This document shows positions 26,744 through 32,000 of a stretch of DNA of 32,000 nt, piece by piece. Position numbers and translations under genes: made by a program. Position 1 is the first letter of the stretch. The number at the start of each line of letters is the position of its first letter. Under the pieces are notes generated by a model. It was given only the letters and a program-made list of their open reading frames with translations, did not search any database and had not been told where the DNA came from. The stretch comes from Methanopyrus kandleri AV19 (GTDB taxonomy: Archaea > JAADCQ01 > Methanopyri > Methanopyrales > Methanopyraceae), in NCBI RefSeq assembly GCF_000007185.1, contig NC_003551.1, positions 1,050,001 to 1,082,000 of the forward strand, given 5' to 3'.

Positions 26744-27711
26744 TGGAACGCACGCTTCACGGCGTCGACGACACGCTTCGCCTTCCAAATGACTCCTCTC
26801 GCCTTGACCACGCAGGTCCCCACGACCTCATCTTCCTCGGCCGCACACCTCACCTCCACGAGGTCCTTGAAGGGTACGTTCCAGTGCTCTAGGGTTTCGG
26901 CGAGTGCACCGCGGACCGCGTGACAGATCGGTTCCTTGAACGGCATTCCCGCGCACTCCAGGCACTTCTCGACGATGAACCGGTCACCTTCGAGGGAGTA
27001 CGAAGATCCGCTTATCTCTTCGACGTGCCCGATGAGCTCGTCCGGATCTTCGGGATCGAACGCGTTGATGAACGCGCGGGCGTACAACCGACCCGCACGG
27101 AAAAACATGGGTCGGGCCACGTCGCTGAGGGCGCACCGCAGGAGGCCCTCAGAGGCGATCTTGAATGCCGCAACCTCGACGGCGTCGCGACCGTCGGCGC
27201 TCATGACGATCTCGATGTCCTCCGCCGTCATCTCGTCGACCTCAGTATCGAAACCGCCGACTTCACCCCGCTCACCCAGGATGAACTCGCATCGCCTATC
27301 CCCTGTCGCCTCGCACGCCACCTGTGCCACGGACACTACCTCACCCAACTCGTGTTCCGCCGCCCGCGAGATGAAGCCCCGTAGGAAGTTGCAGACAGCT
27401 CCCTCGGCGTTCACGTATCCGAGGCATTCCGGGCAGCTCTCGATGGCCACATAATTCCGGTCCAGGTCGTAATCCGCTCCGGTGAGCTCGCAGAAGGTGT
27501 GAAGGGCGTCCTCGAGTGTTTCGACACCGAAGAAGCCGGCGAGCATCCTACCCGCCCTGAACACGGAGGCGCAGCTTCGCTCGCCCCCGAGCGAGTAAAG
27601 AGCCATCATCACCATCTTGTTCGTCGCCAGGAGCTCCTCCGCGGTGAACACCGAGCCGGCCTCCTCCGCACGTTCCCGTAAACTCTCCGGACTGAATCCG
27701 TCGTCTATCAT
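26740..27711 (-). CDS. Tandem V4R (4-vinyl-reductase-like) domain protein
   Basis: Two V4R-like units: '...VFRAGRMLAGFFGVETLEDALHTFCELTGADYDLDRNYVAIESCPECLGY...CNFLRGFISRAAEHELGEVVSVAQVACEATGDRRCEFILG' and '...FFRAGRLYARAFI...YSLEGDRFIVEKCLECAGMPFKEPICHAVRGALAETLEHWNVPFKDLVEVRCAAE'. Confidence 0.8.
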   Translation of the reverse strand: MIDDGFSPESLRERAEEAGSVFTAEELLATNKMVMMALYSLGGERSCASVFRAGRMLAGFFGVETLEDALHTFCELTGADYDLDRNYVAIESCPECLGYVNAEGAVCNFLRGFISRAAEHELGEVVSVAQVACEATGDRRCEFILGERGEVGGFDTEVDEMTAEDIEIVMSADGRDAVEVAAFKIASEGLLRCALSDVARPMFFRAGRLYARAFINAFDPEDPDELIGHVEEISGSSYSLEGDRFIVEKCLECAGMPFKEPICHAVRGALAETLEHWNVPFKDLVEVRCAAEEDEVVGTCVVKARGVIWKAKRVVDAVKRAFH

Positions 27712-27802
27712 GCGGCGGGCACCCCCGGTGCGCCGCGGCGCGATCCCTCTGAAACGGTGAAATTTCCACCGCGCCGGACCGACCGCGCGACAGCTGTAAA
27801 CT

Positions 27803-27830
27803 TCCCGGAAAAGACTTACCTCTTCCGGGA
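27803..27830. promoter_or_regulatory. Inverted repeat between aldehyde dehydrogenase 3' end and V4R gene 5' end
   Basis: Perfect 8-bp inverted repeat TCCCGGAA-N12-TTCCGGGA. Confidence 0.45.
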
Positions 27831-27886
27831 TGGGGAGGACCTTTGGGGCGGAGGCACGCCGATGACGTGAGGCCGGCTTTGCCGAC

Positions 27887-29302
27887 CTACCTCCGACCGA
27901 TCACCACGGTCTTCTCCTCCGTGAACTCCCGGACCGCCTGCGGTACGCCCTCCCTGCCCACGCCGCTCGCCTTCACCCCGCCGAACGGCATGTAGTCGGC
28001 CCGGTAGATGGTGGACTCGTTGACGATTACACCACCCGCCTCGAGCTTCCTCGTGGCCTTCACGGCCCTGTCCAAACGTTCCGTAAACACGGCGGCGTGC
28101 AGCCCGTAGTCGGTCGAGTTCGCGATCCGGATCGCCTCCTCGAAGTCCTTCGCCCGAATGACCGGGAGGACGGGTCCGAACGTCTCCTCCCGGGCCACGA
28201 GTGCGTCCTCCGGCACGTCGGCCAGCACCGTCGGCGGGAAGAGCCTACCCTCCGGCTCGCCGCCTGTCAGGATCTCCGCGCCCCGCTCCACGGCGTCCTC
28301 GACGTGTCGTCGGACCTTCTCCACCGCACCGTCGTCGATGAGCGGTCCCACGTCCGTGTCCTCGTCGAGCGGGTCCCCCACCTTCAGCGACTCCGCCACC
28401 TCGACGGCGGCCTCCAGGAACTCCTCGTACACGTCCTCCACCACTATCGCCCGCTCGACCGCGATGCAAACCTGACCCGCGTGGTAGCAGGCCCCGCGAA
28501 CCGCCGCCTCGGCGGCCGCTTCCACGTCCGCGGTCTCGTCCACGATCACGGGGTCGTTACCGCCCAGCTCCAGCGTGATCCTGGGGATCGGGGAGATCTC
28601 ACGCAGGTGCTCCCCGACTGATCGGCTCCCCGTGAACGAGAGCGCGTCGAAGTCCGCCCGGGCGAGCTCCTCCCCGAGCTCGGCTCCCGGGCCGACCACG
28701 ACCTGCAGCGCCAGTGGTTCCACGCCCGCATCGAGCAGGATCTCGGCCAGTCTGAGCGAAGAGAGCGGTGTCACCGTCGCGGGTTTGTGCACCACGGAAC
28801 ACCGTGCGGCGAGGGCCGGTCCGAGCTTGTGCGTCGGCAGCAGGAGCGGGAAGTTGTACGGGGTGATCGACAGGACCACACCGACTGGCTCACGGACCGT
28901 GAGAATCAGCTCGGCCGTCCGACCGCGCTGCGCGTCACCCGGTAGCGTCTCACCGTACAACCGCTCCGCCTCGGCCGCACTCAGTCGTAGGACCTCCCGC
29001 GTCCGGTAGACCTCGTACCGCGCGTCTCGGATCGGCTTGCCACCCTCGAGCGCGATCAGCTCCGCCAGCTCGTCCTCGTGCTTCTTCAGAAGGTGTGCGG
29101 CCTCTGCCAACGCCTCGCGTACTTCGTACGTGGGCCGCTCTCTCCACCGCCGTTGGCCCTCTCGGGCGTCCTTCAGTAGCGCCTCGACGTCCACTTCCGG
29201 AGCGAGGACGCGGCCCACTTCCGAACCGTCGTACGGGTTCTCCACTACGATCTCTCGGTCGCCTTCGAGCCACTCTCCCCCGATCAGACACCCGTACTCC
29301 AA
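27887..29302 (-). CDS. NAD(P)-dependent aldehyde dehydrogenase (lactaldehyde/non-phosphorylating GAPDH-like clade)
   Basis: 'SITPYNFPLLLPTHKLGPALAARCSVVHKPA', 'LSFTGSRSVGEHL', 'ITLELGGNDPVIV', 'CYHAGQVCIAVERAIV', 'EETFGPVLPVIRA', 'NESTIYRADYMPFGGVKASGVGREG'. Confidence 0.93.
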   Translation of the reverse strand: MEYGCLIGGEWLEGDREIVVENPYDGSEVGRVLAPEVDVEALLKDAREGQRRWRERPTYEVREALAEAAHLLKKHEDELAELIALEGGKPIRDARYEVYRTREVLRLSAAEAERLYGETLPGDAQRGRTAELILTVREPVGVVLSITPYNFPLLLPTHKLGPALAARCSVVHKPATVTPLSSLRLAEILLDAGVEPLALQVVVGPGAELGEELARADFDALSFTGSRSVGEHLREISPIPRITLELGGNDPVIVDETADVEAAAEAAVRGACYHAGQVCIAVERAIVVEDVYEEFLEAAVEVAESLKVGDPLDEDTDVGPLIDDGAVEKVRRHVEDAVERGAEILTGGEPEGRLFPPTVLADVPEDALVAREETFGPVLPVIRAKDFEEAIRIANSTDYGLHAAVFTERLDRAVKATRKLEAGGVIVNESTIYRADYMPFGGVKASGVGREGVPQAVREFTEEKTVVIGRR

Positions 29303-29335
29303 CGAAGGCCCCGCCGCTCAGGCCGGCTCTACACC

Positions 29336-30184
29336 TTAGAAGCGGATCGGTCTCGATCGACGGCCCGACTCCGCCGCTAGGTCGAGCAGCTTCGGGAGTG
29401 TCTCCCAACCTAGGTCCAGAAACGTCGCTGCCGCCCGTTGCAGTTCGACTCGCTCCCGTGCGTGGCGCGCGAACGCCACGGCGACGGGGAAATGGAGTCC
29501 GTCACGCGTCCGCTTCACCTGGAGTACCAGTCGGAATCGGGCTCGTGCGAGCCGATTGTAAACGCTTTCCACCCGGCCCAACACTTCGTATAGATCTCCC
29601 GTGGGACCGACCGCGACGAGGAAGTAGCCGTCCCGGAACGCCGCGAACCTCGGTGATCGGTCCGGCACGTCCCCGAACTTTGCCTCCACCCACCTCAGCG
29701 CCGCGTCCGTCCGCGAGAGCACGTCCACGGGACGACGCGGTTCCCGACCCTCCCACAGGAGCGAGCCTGCACAGAGGTCCGATTGTGCGCCGACACCTCC
29801 CAGCAGTGAGAGGAGCTCCAGCGCCCAACCCAGACACTCCGATGCGAACTCCACGGGATCGTCCGAGTAGCGGCTCAGGATCGACCAGGGTAATTCTCGA
29901 CTCTCGACTCTCACCTCCAACTCGAACACCGAGCCGGCCGGATACCTAGGGAGCTCGTCTCCGACCAGCCGGAACTCCACCGCCGGGAAGATCGTTTCAC
30001 CGTTTACCGTTCCACCGAACAGTGCGGTCTCTATCCGGCGTACCTCTCCTCGCTCCAAACACCGCCCCAGAAGCGCCCGGAGATGCCGACGCAGGTCTTC
30101 CCGGAGGTCGACCACGACCGACTCGCCAGTACGGGATGTGACGGGGCTGACGGCCCGTAGCCGGACGGTTTCCGTCCCTGACAA
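29336..30184 (-). CDS. Uncharacterised protein with possible RAMP-like (Cmr1-like) pattern
   Basis: 282-aa ORF: 'VRLRAVSPVTSRTG...VVDLREDLRRHLRALLGRCLERGEVRRIETALFGGTVNGETIFPAVEFRLVGDELPRYPAGSVFELEVRV...WALELLSLLGGVGAQSDLCAGSLLW'. CDS call is solid; family is inferred. Confidence 0.72.
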   Translation of the reverse strand: MSGTETVRLRAVSPVTSRTGESVVVDLREDLRRHLRALLGRCLERGEVRRIETALFGGTVNGETIFPAVEFRLVGDELPRYPAGSVFELEVRVESRELPWSILSRYSDDPVEFASECLGWALELLSLLGGVGAQSDLCAGSLLWEGREPRRPVDVLSRTDAALRWVEAKFGDVPDRSPRFAAFRDGYFLVAVGPTGDLYEVLGRVESVYNRLARARFRLVLQVKRTRDGLHFPVAVAFARHARERVELQRAAATFLDLGWETLPKLLDLAAESGRRSRPIRF

Positions 30185-30369
30185 CCCCCGTCACCCGATG
30201 TGACGTTCCTGAAAGTAAAGGTCCCGGGACGTGGAACTGGTCTCGACCGGGTAGTATGCCGAACGCTCCTTAGCTCTTACCCTCCGCGGGCTCATGAGAG
30301 GGCGTGGGGGGTAACGCCTCCGCTAACCTCTGTGACTCACGGTGGTCCTCGTAGGACTCCCTCGCCTTC

Positions 30370-31089
30370 TCAGCCCGTGAACGTTTCCATGATGCCCTTT
30401 CGGTACCGAGTCACGAGCTCCAAGAGACCGACGTCGAACCTCCCGGCCAGCTTGCATTCCTCGGTCGGGAAGAAGATCCTGACCTTGCAGGTCACGTACC
30501 GCAGATTCCTGAACGTCCGTGCTTCGGGTTTCAGTCCAGCGCGCTCGATATCCTTGCTCGTGATGGCCAGCTCGTTCTCCTCGGCCACCTCGACCAGCTT
30601 CATCGGTGTCCTGGCTCCGGCGAGTAGATGGTCGGGGACGCTCCTGACGAGGTAGTACGCGAGCCCGTACGTGGCGATGGGCCCGACGAGAGTCGGCACG
30701 TACATGATCCCGCCGATCCTGATCGCGTATCTGGCCCGTCCCGCGCTCTTCCTGAAGTGCCCCTGTAGGAGCTGCCGCCTCGCCCGTTCACCCGGTGTGG
30801 TGAGCCAATCGTCCGGTAGTTGCTCGACGAACTCCCTGAACTCTCCCCTGGCTATCACCGGTTCCATTCCCCTGAACACACCGTGCTTGCACCATTTTTT
30901 CGCCCACGTCGTCGGTGGCTTGTTCTTCAAGTCCCTGAGCCGTACGACTTCTCCGAGCGCGTTCCTGAACGCTACTTCGGCTATGCCCCACTGGCGTCTG
31001 TCGCGGGCCTCGACTAGGATCCTGAACGCCCAGCCGGCCAGCTCCGGCCGTTCCCCCGCCACCTTCTCCGCGAGTTCGGCAAGCTCCAT
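30370..31089 (-). CDS. Uncharacterised helical protein
   Basis: 239-aa ORF 'MELAELAEKVAGERPELAGWAFRILVEARDRRQWGIAEVAFRNALGEVVRLRDLKNKPPTTWAKKWCKHG...'; protein-like composition, no recognised family. Confidence 0.75.
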   Translation of the reverse strand: MELAELAEKVAGERPELAGWAFRILVEARDRRQWGIAEVAFRNALGEVVRLRDLKNKPPTTWAKKWCKHGVFRGMEPVIARGEFREFVEQLPDDWLTTPGERARRQLLQGHFRKSAGRARYAIRIGGIMYVPTLVGPIATYGLAYYLVRSVPDHLLAGARTPMKLVEVAEENELAITSKDIERAGLKPEARTFRNLRYVTCKVRIFFPTEECKLAGRFDVGLLELVTRYRKGIMETFTG

Positions 31090-31196
31090 CGTAGCTCCCT
31101 CGTGAACGATTGAGTGGATCCTCGGTGTACGGCCGCCCGGCGTCGATCGGAACCCTGATCACCCGAGTCGGCGAATACTGTTTCGGGGCGGGTGAG

Positions 31197-32000
31197 ATGC
31201 TGCTGTTCTCAACCGCGATCCCGGCGGAAGTTAAGAGAGGACTCGGGGAGGCCGGGCTGCGATTCGGTACCGTCTTCGAGGTTGTCGGAGGTCTGGTCTT
31301 GCCGTACATCGCCGAGTTTAGCGAGGAATATCACGTGGTCGAAGGCTTGGCCCGGATCGATAAGGAGAAGGTGCGCAGTCAGGGGGCCGTGACCCCCGCG
31401 CTGGGAATCCCCCGAAAGAAGGTCCGAAATTACCCGCTGGAGCTCGCCCAGGTCACACTCAAGGTCAGGGATGTTCTGACCTACAAGGCGGCGGCCGCAT
31501 ACTTCGCGTGGATCGCGAGGGAGTTCGACGTCTCCGTGGCGTCGGCAGTCAGGGCGATCCTCGAGGATAGTGAGTTTCTCGAGGCCCTTGTCGAGATCCT
31601 ATGTCCGGTGAACCCGAAGGCGGCTGAGGTGCTCGCCGGGTTCCGGGGGAGGATGTGGAGAGATGAGGCTAGGTGGTTGAAGTTCGAGGAGATGGCCCGG
31701 AAGGCGCTTGAGCTCGCGGAGGAGCTCGGAGATAACAGGCTCCGAACCGCGGCCGAACTGATTCTGCGGGGCAAATCGAGCGGTCCTACGGTACCCGGCG
31801 CTCGTGGCGATCACGACGGCGTCTACGTCTACGACATCGGCAAGGTCCGCAATTTCCTCGTCGAACGGATGCTCAAGTACGGCGAAAGCTCGAGGAAGCA
31901 GCCTGACGAGGAGATCATTGAGGCACTGGTGACGGAGTACGGAGTGGACTTCGAGGACGTACACTACGCGATCGCCGTTCTCAGCGAAGGTAGGATCCCC
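31197..32000 (+). CDS. Uncharacterised protein, truncated by right edge
   Basis: Hand translation from ATG at 31197 (preceded by ggtgag) is open to the edge: MLLFSTAIPAEVKRGLGEAGLRFGTVFEVVGGLVLPYIAEFSEEYHVVEGLARIDKEKVRSQ...KVRNFLVERMLKYGESSRKQPDEEIIEALVTEYGVDFEDVHYAIAVLSEGRIP. Absent from the ORF track because it has no stop in the window. Confidence 0.7.
   Translation, partial: MLLFSTAIPAEVKRGLGEAGLRFGTVFEVVGGLVLPYIAEFSEEYHVVEGLARIDKEKVRSQGAVTPALGIPRKKVRNYPLELAQVTLKVRDVLTYKAAAAYFAWIAREFDVSVASAVRAILEDSEFLEALVEILCPVNPKAAEVLAGFRGRMWRDEARWLKFEEMARKALELAEELGDNRLRTAAELILRGKSSGPTVPGARGDHDGVYVYDIGKVRNFLVERMLKYGESSRKQPDEEIIEALVTEYGVDFEDVHYAIAVLSEGRIP

Noticed and set aside
29095-29949. 284-aa plus-strand ORF (MRPLPTPRVLRTWAALSTAVG...)
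   Set aside because: Antisense to a clear aldehyde dehydrogenase and its neighbour; Pro/Arg/Thr-rich composition typical of shadow ORFs in high-GC DNA.

Overview
This is a GC-rich archaeal chromosomal window. Gene content and protein style fit a hyperthermophilic methanogen and strongly suggest Methanopyrus kandleri; that is my recognition, not a database result. Recognisable genes: a PelG-like membrane protein (partial, left edge, missing from the ORF track) overlapping a PelF-like glycosyltransferase; archaeosine synthase (ArcS); adenylosuccinate lyase (PurB); a ferredoxin/radical-SAM fusion; a nucleoside-recognition permease; Alba; a four-CBS protein; two hydantoinase/oxoprolinase A-like proteins on either side of an intron-containing tRNA-Cys(GCA) with genomic C at position 8; a GH114/TM1410-like protein; a winged-helix-like protein; a TtuA/Ncs6-type tRNA thiolase; LarC; a PII-like protein; a tandem V4R-domain protein; and an aldehyde dehydrogenase. 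The main points for a second look are: (1) the PelF/PelG-like pair; (2) apparent decayed remnants of an ammonium transporter (amt) and glnK pair; (3) the C8 tRNA-Cys with a 21-nt intron; (4) a lineage-restricted block at about 14-22.5 kb with two full-length paralogs of unknown function sharing an 'FASPxRVWxIFxLLCHTCANR' motif; (5) a possible highly divergent stand-alone RAMP-like protein at 29.3-30.2 kb; (6) low-GC islands at 1-0.95 kb and 22.7-23.3 kb. I found no CRISPR array, rRNA or intact transposase.
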